Shown in pieces: positions 24,075 through 36,069 of a stretch of 64,000 bases of DNA. Under the pieces are notes generated by a model. The model did no database searches. It saw only the letters and a program-made list of their open reading frames with translations, and had not been told where the DNA came from. The stretch is from Centroscyllium fabricii. Taxonomy: Eukaryota. Every line of letters begins with the position of its first letter. Position 1 is the stretch's first letter. The stretch covers positions 434,001 through 498,000 of the forward strand of contig JBNRSN020000184.1 in the NCBI GenBank assembly GCA_051313645.2. The letters are read 5' to 3'. Position numbers and translations under genes: made by a program.

Positions 24075-26190
24075 CCTCCCCATTTAGCCAGTCCCACTCC
24101 CCCGCCCTTTCCTTCAGATATTTATCCAATTCCCCTTTGAAAGCTGTGATTGAATCTGCCTCCACCACCCTCTCAGGCCGTGCATTCCAGATCCTAACCA
24201 CTCGCTGTGTAAAAAAAAGTTACTCATGTCACCTTCGGTTCTTCTGCCAATCAGCTTACATCTTTGACCTCTGGTTCTTGACCCTTCCGCCAATGGGAAC
24301 GGTTACTCTCGATTTACCTTGTCTGGACCCCTCATGATTTTGAACACCTCTATCAAATCTACTCTCAACCTTCTCTGCTCTCAGAACAACCCCAGCTTCT
24401 CCAGTCTATCCACGTAACTGAAGTCCCTGATCCCTAAAGCCATTCTTGTAAATCTTTTCTGCACCCTCTCTAAGGCCTTCACATCTTTACTAAAGTGCGG
24501 TGCCCAGAATTGGACACAATATTCCAGTTCAGGCCGAACCAGTGTTTTATGAAGGTTCATCATAACTTCCTTGCTTTTGTTCTCTCTGCCTCTATTTATG
24601 AAGCCCAGGATCCCGTAAGCTTTTTTAACCGCTTTCTCCACCTGCCCTGCTACCTTCAATGATTTGTGCACATATACCCCCCCCCGGTCTCTCTGTTCAT
24701 GCCCCCACTTTAGAATTGTACCCTTTAGTTTATATTACCTCTCCTCATTCTTCCGACCAAAATGTATCACTTTGCACTTTTCTGCGTTAAATTTCATTGG
24801 CCACGTGCCCGTCCATTCCACCAGCCTGTCTATGTCTTCCTGAAGTCTATCACTACCCTCCTCACTGTTCACTATACTTTGTGTCATCTGCAAATTTCAA
24901 AATTGTGCCCTGTACACCCACATGATCCTAGAACCGACCCCTGGGGAACACCACTGTACACCTTCCTCCAGTCCGATAAACAACCGTTCGCCACTGTGCT
25001 CTGTTTCCTGTCACTTAGCCAATTCCGTATCCATGCTGCCACTGTCTCTTTTATTCCATGGGCTTTAACTTTGCTGGCCAGCCTTTTATGAGGCACTTTA
25101 TCAAACGCCTTTTGGAAGTCCATGTTCACCACGTCAACCGCATTATCCTCATCAACCCTCTGTTACCTCATCAAACAACTCGATCAAGTTAAACACGATT
25201 TGCCTTTAACAAATATGTGCTGACTTGCCTTAATTAATCCACACTTGTCCAAGTGATTGTTAACTTTGTCCTGGATTATCGTTTCTGAAAGCTTCCCCAC
25301 TACCGAGGTTAAACTGACCGGCCTGCAGTTGCTGGGTTTATCCTTACACCATTTTTTGAACAAGCGTGTAACATTTGCAATTCTCCAGTCCTCTGGCACC
25401 ACCTCCCGTATTGAAGGAGGATTGGAAGATTATGGCCAGTACCTCCGCAATTTCCACCTTTACTTCCTCAGCATCCGAGGATGCATCCCATCCGGTCCTG
25501 GTGACTTATCTGCTTTAAGTACAGCCAGCCTTTCTAGTACCTCCTCCATCAATTCTTATCCCATCCGGTATCTCAACTACCTCCGCTTTCACTATGACTT
25601 TGGCAGCATCTTCTTCCTTGGTGAAGACAGATGCAAAGCACTCACTTAGTACCTCAGTCATACCCTCTGCCTCCATATGTAGGTCTCCATTTTGGTCCCT
25701 AGTCGACCCCACCCCTCCTCTTACTACCTGTGGGTTATGTAACATTGTGTAATACTGAGGTTGTCATTGGGCACTACTTTGTGCCGCGTCAGTACACTGC
25801 AGTACTTCGGTTCACCACTACTGTATATAAGTTAGAGCGAGGAGCGATACGAGTTAGTTCCAGACTCTACCATGTAGAATAAACATCACCTTGAGTTCGT
25901 ACCTTTAATGTTGAGTCTGTCGTTATTACTCCTTGATAGCGCGGACTTAACACTACCCATTTGCTATTTATATGCCTATAGAAGACTTTTGGATTCCCTT
26001 TTATATTAGCTGCCAATCAATTCTCATACTCCCTCTTCTTTCCATTTTTCACTTCCCCTCTGAACTTTCTATATTCAGTCTGGTTCTCACTTGTATTCTC
26101 AACCTGACATCTGTCATATGCCCCTTTTTTCTGCTTCATCTTACTCTCGATCTCTTTCGTCATCCAGGGAGCTCTGACTTTTGTTGCCTC
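24075..26190 (-). mobile_element. Older CR1 ORF2 fragment
   Basis: [26 protein letters not shown] and RPELEYCVQFW in successive broken ORFs. Confidence 0.85.
25729..25952 (+). mobile_element. Solo LTR (224 bp)
   Basis: TG...CA ends, 5-bp TSD CTACC, internal TATATAA and AATAAA. Confidence 0.85.
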
Positions 26191-26197
26191 GTGGTAA

Positions 26198-26600
26198 CAT
26201 AGAAACATAGAAGATAGGAGCAGGAGTCGGCCATTCGGCCCTTCGAGCCTGCTCTGCCATTCAATGAGATCATGGCTGATCATCCAAACCCAGTACCCCG
26301 TCCCTGCCCTCTCCCCATATCCCTCGATCCCTATCGAGCCTGCACCGACACATTTCCCACCCTATCCCCGTAACCCCACATATTCAATCCCCCTAACACT
26401 AAGGGTCAATTTATCCTGGCCAATCAACCTAACCCGCACATCTTTGGACTGTGGGAGGAAACCGGAGCACCCGGAAGAAACCCACGCAGACACGGGGAGA
26501 ATGTGCAAACTCCACACAGATAGTACCCGAGGCTGGATTTGAACCCGGGCCCCTAGCGCTGTGAGACAGCAGTGCTAACCACTATGCCACCGTGCTGCCC
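26198..26600 (-). mobile_element. V-SINE, full length
   Basis: Same structure as 7392-7795. Confidence 0.9.
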
Positions 26601-27082
26601 ATGTACCTCGAATGAACCCGAACCATCTCCTCTTCAAAGGCACCCCATTGTTCGATTAAAATCTATGCTTGATGCTGCCCTTCTGCACTCCCAGTAACAC
26701 AGAGCTGTCCTCCCAGCGTGATGATGATGATGATGGAGGTTACAGACTGCTACACAATGATGCTGATCACCCACAGCGGCTCATAGATGCCCAGCTTTGG
26801 GCTGCTAGACCTGCCCACTTAATCGCACCAGCCGAGGGAGGGGTGGCCAGTGTAACGAGACTTTGTTTGGTGACGTGGCTGCCAATGCTAGCATGATTGG
26901 GGCTGCGATCCACGGGTTTCCTCGGCATTACCTCACTTTCTATCCCAGGTTACCTGATCCCAGAAAGGGGCTCTGAAATTGACAGCACCCTGGGGCTCGG
27001 GAGCAAGGGAGGGGGGGGGGGGGGAAATCATCCAGGGTTCCCACTCCTTATCACTATCCATTGACCTCCAACAGAAACTGCA

Positions 27083-27525
27083 TGGATGGGATTCATGCGC
27101 TGGGTCCCTTCACTACAAGGTCAGGATGGGGTTCACGTGCTGGGCTCCTTTACTACAAGGTTAGGATGGGGTTCACGTGCTGGGCTCCTTTACTACAAGG
27201 TTAGGATGGGATTCACGTACTGAGGTCAGGTTAGGGTTCACGTGCATTACCCCTTTACTGAGGTCAGGTTAGGGTTCACGTGCTGGGCCCCTTTACTACA
27301 AGGTTAGGATGGGGTTCACGTGCTGTGCCTCTTTACTACAAGGTTAGGATGGGGTTCACATGCTAGACCCCTTTACTAGGCCAGGATGGGGTTCACGTGC
27401 TGGGCCCCTTTACTGAGGTCAGGATAGGGTTGAGGCGCTGTGCCCAGTTACTGAGGTCAGGATGGGATTCACGTGCTGTGCCCCTTCACGATGAGGTCAG
27501 GATGGGGATTACGCACTGTGCCCCG
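27083..27525. repeat. Degenerate ~36-38-bp tandem repeat
   Basis: About 12 units of GGTYAGGATGGGGTTCACGTGCTGGGCYCCTTTACTACAA. Confidence 0.85.
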
Positions 27526-29729
27526 TTACTATTCCACTCCAGTCCCCGATGCGTCACAGGACGGGGTTCGCAGCAGCAGCAGTGCGGGCCTGGGGGGTGG
27601 GGGGGGGGGGGGAGGCAGCGGTATAACGTGACCCTGAGGCACAGTGGCCAGTGTTGGGAGGAGCAGAGAGCGGCGGTACAGTGAGTACTGAAACTCACTT
27701 TCATGGGCTTTGTTACAGAGGCTTACCAATCACAAGTGTGACGCGGGCAAGGGGAAGTAGCTGATTGGGTGAGTGCAGTCAGGTAAGTATTTATACTACT
27801 ATATAGTTTGACAGTTAAGATTAATAGTTTATAAAATTTAGAAGGTCTTAATTTTTGTGGTTATAGTTTCTAAGGTCTCTGTTGTGTATCAGGGAGTGCT
27901 AGTCACCAAGGGTATATCATTTAATTGTAGTGTAATTAGTGGTATTGATTTGATTTAAATTAAAGGGTAAGTCATGGCAGGACAGCTCGGCTCCGTGGTA
28001 TGCTCCTCCTGCGCTATGTGGGAAATTAGGGACACTTCCCGTGTCCCTGACGACCATGTGTGCGGGAAGTGTATCCAGCTGCAGCCACCAACAGACCGCA
28101 TTGTGGCGTTGGAGCTGCGAATGGATACATACTGCAGCATTCGCGATGTTGAGGACATCGTGGATATCCCATTTAGGGAGTTGGTCACACCGCAGGTAAA
28201 GGCTGCACAGGCAGGAAGAGAATGGGTGACCGCCAGGCAGAGTAGTAGGCGCAGGCAGGTAGTGCAGGGGTCCCCTGTGGCCATCCACCTCTCAAACTGA
28301 TATACCGTTTTGGATATTGTTGAGGGAGATGGTTTGTCGGGGGAAGGCAGCAGCCAACTTCCTGCCACCTGGTGGTTCTGCTGCACAGGACGGGAGGAGA
28401 AAGAGTGGGAGAGCTATAGTGATAGGGGATTCCATTATAAGGGGAATAGATAGGCATTTCTGCGGCTGCAAACGAGACTCCAGGATGGTGTGTTGCTTCC
28501 CTGGTGCAAGGGTCAAGGATGTCTCAGAGCAGCTGCAGAGCATTCTGGAAGGGGAGGGTGAACAACCAGTTGTCGTGGTGCATATAGGTAGCAACGATAT
28601 AGGTAAAAAAATGGGATGAGGTCCCAACAGCTGAATATAGGGAGTTAGGAGGTAAATTAAAAAATAGGACCTCAAAAGGTAGCAATCTCATGATTGCTAC
28701 TAGTGCCTCATGCTAGTCAGAGTAGTAATAGAAGGATATTTCAGATGAATACGTGGCTAGAGAAATGGTGCAAGGGGGAGGGATTCAAATTCCTGAGACC
28801 GGTTCTGGGGCAGGTGGGACCAGTACAAACTGGACGGTTTGCACCTGGGCGGGACCGGAACCGATGTCCTAGGGGGGAGTGTTTGCAAGTGCTGTTGGGG
28901 TGGATTTTGACTAAAATGGCAGGGGGTTGGGAACCTGTGCAAGGAGAGAGAGGAAAGGGAAGCAAGGATAGAAACAAAAGACAGGAAGGAGAAAAGCAAA
29001 CGTGGAAGGCAGAGAAAGCAAGGGTGTAAATCAAACAGGGCCACAGCAAATAATAATTCTAAATGGACGAAGAGTGTTAAAAAAAACAAGCCTGAAGGCT
29101 TTGTGTCTTTATGCGAGGAGCATTCGTAATAAGGTGGATGAATTAGCTGCAAAAATTGATGTAAATGGATATGATATAATTGGAATTACGGAGACAGGGC
29201 TCCAGGGTGATCAAGGCTGGGAATTCAACATCCAGGGGTATTCAATATTCATGAAGGACAGGCAACAAGGAAAAGGAGGTGGGGTAGCATTGCTGGTTAA
29301 AGAGATTAACACAATAGTAAGGAAGGATACCAGCTCTGATGATGTGGAATCTGTGTGGGTAGAGCTGAGAAATACCAAAGGGCAGAAAACGATAGTGGGA
29401 GTGGTATATAGACCCCCAAACAGTAATGCAGAGGTTGGGGATGGCATTAAATGGGAAATTAGAGACGCGTGCAATAAGGGCACAGCAGTTATCATGGGTG
29501 ACTTTAATCTACATATAGATTGGGCTAACCAAATTGGTAACAATACTGTGGAGGAGGAATTCCTAGAATGTATACGGGATGGTTTCCTGGACCAATATGT
29601 CGAGGAACCAACTCGAGATCGGGCCATCTTAGACTGGGTATTATATAATGAGAAAGGATTAATTAGCAATGTTGTTGTGCGAGGCCCCTTGGGGAGGAGC
29701 GATCATAATATGATCGAATTCTTCATTAA

Positions 29730-31856
29730 CATAGAAAAATAGAAGACAGGAGCAGGCCATTCGGCCCCGCGAGCCCGCTCCGTCATTCAATGAGATCATG
29801 GCTGATCATCCAAACTCAGTACCCTGTCCCTGCCTTCTCCCCATATCCCTTGATCCCTTTAGCCTTAAGGAATATAGCCAACTCTTTCTTGAATATATTT
29901 AATGAACTGGCCTCCACCGCTCTCTGTGGCAGAGAATTCCACAGGTTCACCACTCTCTGTGTGAAGAAATTCCTCCTCAACTCAGTCCTAAATGGCTTAC
30001 CCCTTATCCTTAGTCTATGACCCCTGGTTCTGGACTCCCAGGCCATCGGGAACATCCTTCCTGCATCTAGTCTGTCCAGGCCTGACAGAATGTTATAGGT
30101 TTCGATGAGATTCCCTCTCAATCTTCTCACCTCCAATGAGTATAAGCCCAATCGACACAATCTCTCCTCATACGTCATTCCTGCCATCCCGGGTATCAGT
30201 TTGGTGACTCTTCGCTGCACTTCTTCCATGGCAAGAACATCCTTCCTCTGATAAGGCCACCAGAACTGCACACAGTACTCAAGGTGTGGTCTCACCAAGG
30301 CCCTATACAGCTGCAGCAGGACATCCTTGTTCTTATACTCAAACCCTCTTGCTACAAAGGCCAACATACCATTTGCCTTCTTAACCACCTGCTGCACCTG
30401 CATGCTTATCAGCGACTGGTGCACAACACCCAGGTCTCTTTGCACTTCCCCTTCTCCCAATCTATTGCCAGTCAAGTAATAATCTGCCTTCCTGTTGTTG
30501 CCACCAAAGTGGATAACCTCACATTTATCCACTTTATAGTGCATTTGCCATGTTTCTGCCCAATCACCCAACCTGTCAAAATCATACCAGAGTTTCTCGA
30601 CATCCTCCTCACAGCATACCCTCCCACCCAGCTTTGTGTCGTCTGCAAATTTGGAGATACAGGTTGTGCACCGAAAATCCATGTCCCGAATAGCCGGCAG
30701 CTTCAGTCTGCCGGCACAAATTGCCCCGACTGCACTGCGCATGCGCAAGATGGCCGCCGCCATCGTGGCTTCAGCGAATGATCTGCGCATGCGCCCAGCG
30801 CATGCGCAGATCATTCAAAACAGCTGCCGGGAGTTTTGAATGATCTGCGCATGCGTCGTCGGACGGTTAGCGCATGCGCAGATAATTCAATACGGCCGCC
30901 GGTTATTTTCTCGACAGCTGAGCACCGTGACTGAGGCGGACAGTCACTAGGCAACAGCTGTCAGCCTGAGTCCGGCTCGGCGGCAGCAGCAACCCGAAAG
31001 GCGATGGAGAGGGAAGGCGGACCCGGGCCCGATCTGCGCATGCGCGCGCCAGCCAAGCCCAATGTTGTGCGCATGCGCGTGGCCATTTTGAATGGTGCGC
31101 ATGCGTAGTGTCCAACCTCGTTCTCCCGGTTTTTTCTGTTTCCCGGCACGGGCCTGGTCCCGCCCGTGGCGGATTAATGGTGCACAACCTGTAGTACATC
31201 CAATTACCTTGTCCAGATCATTAATATATATAGTCAACAGCTGGGGTCCTAGGATCGATCCTTGCGGTACCCCACTAATCACTGCCTGCCACTCTCATAC
31301 TCTATTTTCCTCTCTTAATTAATCCCTTTGTCCTCCTTTGCTGAATCCTAAACTGCTCCCAATCCTCAGGTTTGCTGCTTTTTCTGTCCAATTTATATCT
31401 CCTCTCTTTGGATCTTATGTTATCCCTAGTTTCCCTTGTCAGCCACGGTTGAGTCACCTTTTTGTTTTATTTGTATGCCAAACTGGGATGAATAAATTCT
31501 GTAGTTCATCCATGCAATCTTTGAATGTTTGCCATTGCCTATCCACCGTCAACCCTTTGAGTGACATTACCCAATCAATCCTACCCAACTCGCATCTCAT
31601 GCCATCATAGTTCCCTTTGTTTAAATTCAGTACCTTAGTCTCTGAGGCAATTACTTCACTCTCCATCTTAATGAAGAATTCTATCATATTATGATCTCTC
31701 CGACCCAAGGGGCCTCGCACAAGATTGTTAATTAATCCTTTCTCATTACATAATACCCAGTCTAAGATGGCCTGATCTCTAGTTGGTTCCTTGACATATT
31801 GGTCCAGGAAACCATCCCATATACACTCCAGGAATTCCTCCTCCACAGTATTGTTA
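29730..31856 (-). mobile_element. Internally deleted CR1 inserted antisense into a same-family CR1
   Basis: TSD CATTAA at 29724-29729 and 31857-31862; ORF 29816-30814. Confidence 0.85.
30660..31191. mobile_element. Tc1/mariner (pogo/Tigger-like) MITE
   Basis: TA TSD; TIR CAGGTTGTGCACC...GGTGCACAACCTG. Confidence 0.88.
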
Positions 31857-34241
31857 CATTAAGGTGGAGGGTGAAGTAGTTGACTCAGAGACTAGGGTCG
31901 AGAATTTAAATAAAGGAAACTACGATGGTCTGAGGCGTGAGTTGGCTAGGATGGATAGGGGAATGTTACTTAGAGTTGACGGTGGATAGGCAATGGCAAA
32001 CATTCAAGGATCACATGGATGAATTACAGAATTTGTTCATCCCAGTTTAGCATAAAAATAAACCAAAAAAGGTGACTCAACCGTGGCTAACAAGGGAAAT
32101 TAGAGATAGCATAAGATCCAAGGAGAGGACATATAAATTGGCCAGAACAAGCAGCAAAACTGAGGATTGGAAGCACTTTAGGATTCAGCAAAGGAGGACA
32201 AAGGGATTAATTAAGAGGGGAAAATAGAATAGGAGAGTAAGCTTTCAGTGAACATACAAACTGACTGTAAAAGCGTCTATAGATAGGTGAAGAGAAAAAG
32301 ATTGGTGAAGTCAAGTGTAGGTCCCTTGCAGTCAGAGTCAGGGTAATTTATAATGGGGAACAAAGAAATGGCAGACTAATTAATTATATACTTTGGTTCT
32401 GTCTTCACAAAGAAGGACACAAATAACCTCCCAGAGATTTCAGGGAACATAGGATCTAATGAGAGGGAGGAATTGAATGAAATCAGTATTTGTATGGACA
32501 TGGTGTTCGGGAAATTGATGGGATTGAAGGCCGATGAATCCCCAGGGCCTGATAATCTACATCCTAGGGTACTTAAGGAAGTGGCCCTGGAAATAGTAGA
32601 TGCATTGCTGGTCATCTTCCAAAATTTTATAGACTCTAGAACAGTTCCCATAGATTGGAGGGTAGTTAATGTAACCCCACTCTTTAAAAAAGGTGGTAGA
32701 GAGAAAACAGGGAATTAGACCAGTAAGCCTGACATCGGTAGTGGGGAAAATGCTGGAGTCTATTATAAAAGATGTAATAGCACAGCACGTGGAAAGCAGT
32801 GACAGGATCGGACAAAGTCAACATGGACTTACAAAAGGTAAATCATGCTTGACTAATCTACTGGAATACTTTGAGGATGTAACTGGTAAAATAGATAAGG
32901 GAGAACCAGTGAATGTGGTGTATTTGAACTTTCAGAAGGCTTTCGATAAGGTCCCACAGAAGAGATTGGCGTGCATAGTTAAAGCACATGGGATTGGGGG
33001 TAAGGTACTGACTTGGATAGAGAACTGGTTGGTAGACAGGAAGCAATGATTTGGAATAAATAGGTCTTTTTCCGAGTGGCAGGCAGTGACTAGTGGGGTA
33101 CCGCAGGGATCGGTCCTTGGACCTCAGCTATTCGCAATATATATTAATGATCTAGACGAGGGAACTAGATGTAACATCTCCAAGTTTGCAGACGACACAA
33201 AGCTGGGTGGGCGTGTGTGCTGTGAGGAGGATGTAGAGAAACTCCACTATGATTTGGACAGGTTGGGTGATTGGGCAGATGCATGGCAGATGCAGTATAA
33301 TGTGGATAAATGCGAGGTTATCCACTTTGGTGGCAAAAACAAGACGACACATTATTTGAACGGCAGTAGATTGGGAAAAGGGGAAGTGCAACGAGACCTG
33401 GGTGTCCTTGTGCACCAGTTGCTGAAGGTAAGCATGCAGGTGCAGCAGACGGTGAAGAAGGCAAATGGTTTGTTGGCCTTCGTAGCGAGAGGCTTCGAGT
33501 ACAGGAACAAGGATGTCTTGCTGCAGTTGTACAGGGCCTTGGTGAGACCAGATTTTGAATATGGTGTGCAGTTTTGGTCTCCTTATCTGAGGAAGGATGT
33601 TCTTGCCATGGAGGGAGTGCAGCGAAGATTCACCAGACTGATACCTGGGATGGCAGGAATGATGTATGAGGAGACATTGAGTCGATTGGGCTTATATTCG
33701 CTAGAGTTTAGAAGAATGAGAGGGGATCTCATTGAAACTTATAAAATTCTAACAGAACTAGACAGACTAGATGCAGGAAGGATGTTCCCGATGGTGAACT
33801 GTGGAATTTTCTACCACAGAAGGCAGTTGAGGCCAATTCATTAAATATATTCAAAAAGGAGTTTGATATATTACTTAAAGCTAAAGGGATCAAGGGATAT
33901 GGCGAGAAAACATGGACAGGGTACTGAATTTGGATGGTCAGCCATGATCTCATTGAATGGCGGAGCAGGCCTGAGGGGCCAAATGGCCGACTCCTGCTCC
34001 TATCTTCTATGTTTCTATGTAGGACAGCTGATGTGGGAACTTGATTATCACCAGTTCAGTAAGGAGTATTCTGAACTTGAAGATAAGCAGACTAAAATCC
34101 TGAATTCAGATCATGCTATAGTTAAGTTTGAAGGACTGTTCAGTCCAAGGTGAACTCATTATCTGTATGTTTTGAAATTGCTCTTCAGTGAAAGGAAATC
34201 AGTGATAAACAGTGACCGCCTCGACGCAGCAACCGCCCCGA

Positions 34242-34433
34242 CCGATCAACACTGCAGCCGATCCGACCAACACTGCAGCCGATCCGACCAACACTGCAGC
34301 CGATCCGATCAACACTGCAGCCGATCCGATCAACACTGCAGCCGATCCGATCAACACTGCAGCCGATCCGACCAACACTGCAGCCGATCCGATCAACACT
34401 GCAGCCGATCCGATCAACACTGCAGCCGATCAA
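34242..34433. repeat. 21-bp minisatellite, about 9 units, abutting a splice donor
   Basis: Unit CCGAYCAACACTGCAGCCGAT. Confidence 0.95.
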
Positions 34434-34440
34434 TACTTGC

Positions 34441-34489
34441 CATATCTTCCACGGACGCCTCTCGTACTTTGGTTCTCGGAAACGTTTCA
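34441..34489 (-). CDS. STIMATE: STIM-activating enhancer (TMEM110), internal exon, 49 bp, with GC donor
   Basis: KRFREPKYERRPWKI(W) matches TMEM110 KRFREPKHERRPWRIW. Acceptor TTTCTTGCAG. Donor G|GCAAGT keeps frame with the next exon. Confidence 0.92.
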
Positions 34490-34639
34490 CTGCAAGAAAT
34501 AAAGCAAAGCATCATTTTAAAACGTGACTGATTATAAATTCATTTGCGCTAATTCAACAAAGGCTCATTGTTCTGCAGGTGAAAATTTAAGCTCGTTTGG
34601 GAAAGTAATTGTTTCAATCCAGAGTAGCAAGATCTGTAA

Positions 34640-35944
34640 ATCAGCTCCACATTCACAGTATCAGAGGGTGGTGGTGGATGGATGGTTTTCAGGCTGGGAG
34701 GCGGTTTGCAGCGGTGCTCCCCAAGAGGCAGATTTGGGTCCATTACTCTCTGAAATTTTTATAAATGACCCAGACTCGGCTGTAGGGAGCAGCATTATAA
34801 AGATTGCAGATGATACGAAACTTGGCAAAGTAGATGATCCTGATGAGGATAGTTCTAGGCGTCAGGCTGACAGGCAGCAGGGTCAAATGGGCAGAAGCGC
34901 GACAGGAGGAATTCAATCAGCAGTGTGAAGTGATGTACTTTGGGAGGACCAATATGGAAAGACAGTAAACTATAAATGGCACAAATTTGAAAAGTGTCGA
35001 TGAGCAGAGAGACTTTGGTGTTCAGATACACAAATCCTTAATGGTGGCACAGCAAGTTGATAAGAACATAAGAAATAGGAGCAGGAGTCGACCATTCAGC
35101 CCCTCGAGCCCGCTCTGCCATTCAATGAGTTCATGGCTGATCTTTTGCCTCAACTCCATTCACCGGCCCTGTCGCCATATCCCTTGATGACCTTACTAGT
35201 CAGAAATCTATCAGCTTCTGTTTTGAATATTCCCAATGACTGAGCCTCCACAGCCCTCTGGGGTAGAGAATTCCAAAGATTCTCCACCCTCTGTGTGAAG
35301 AAATTTCTTCTCATCTCAGTCCGGAATGGCCAACCCTTTATCCTGAGGCTGTGGCCCCTGGTTCTAGACTCTCCAGCCAAGGGAAACATTCTCCGAGCAT
35401 CCATCCTAACAAGCCCTGTAATAATTTTGTATGCTTCAATGAGATCCCCTCTCATTCTTCTGAATTCAAGAGAATACAGGCCTAGTTTACTCAATTTCTT
35501 CTCAGGGGGCGCGGTGGCATAGTGGTTAGCACTGTTGCCTTACAGCACCAGAGACCCGGTTTCCTCCCACAGTCCAAAGATGTCCGGGTTAGGTTGATTG
35601 GCCATGATAAATTGACCCTTAGTGTTAGGGGGATTGAATATGTGTGGTTACGGGGATGGGGTGGGATATGTGTCGGTGCACGCTCGATAGGGATCGAGGG
35701 ATATGGGGAGAAGGCAGGGACAGGGTACTGGGTTTGGATGATCAGCCATGAATGGCGGAGCAGGCTCGAAGGGCCGAATGGCCTACTCCTGCTCCTATCT
35801 TCTATGTTTCTATACGACAGTCCTGCCATCCCAGGAATCAATCTCATGAACCCTCTATGGCAAGTATATCCTTCCTTAGTTAAGGAGACCAAAATTGTAC
35901 ACGGTACTCCAGGTGTGGTCTCACACAGGCCCTGTATAATTGGA
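34640..35944. mobile_element. Cluster of CR1 fragments on both strands with a deleted V-SINE at 35505-35813
   Basis: IADDTKLG and FFTQRVENLWNSLP motifs; SINE head and tail. Confidence 0.8.
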
Positions 35945-36034
35945 ATGATGTGGAGGTGCCGGTGTTGGACTGGGGTGGACAATTGTAAGAAGTCACACAA
36001 CACCACGTTATAGTCCAACAGTTTTATTTGAAAT

Positions 36035-36069
36035 CACAAGCTTTCGGAGCGTAGCTCCTTCATCAGGTG
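36035..36069 (-). ncRNA. Minimal type I hammerhead ribozyme motif
   Basis: CAC-CTGATGA-A-GGAGC TAC GCTCC-GAAAGCTT-GTG. Confidence 0.8.

Larger units (their letters stand above)
27650..34020 (+). mobile_element. Near full-length decayed CR1 LINE (5' UTR, ORF1, ORF2, tail) split by a nested CR1
   Basis: ORF1 from 27974 has CxxC..CxxC, a coiled coil and an SGNH esterase (IGDSII, FPGARV, HIGSND). ORF2 has an AP endonuclease (GDFN, SDH), then RT (FADD) at 31863-33900. Confidence 0.9.

Noticed and set aside
34172-34531. ORFs with DQHCSRS / NTAADP repeats
   Set aside because: These are translations of the 21-bp minisatellite.
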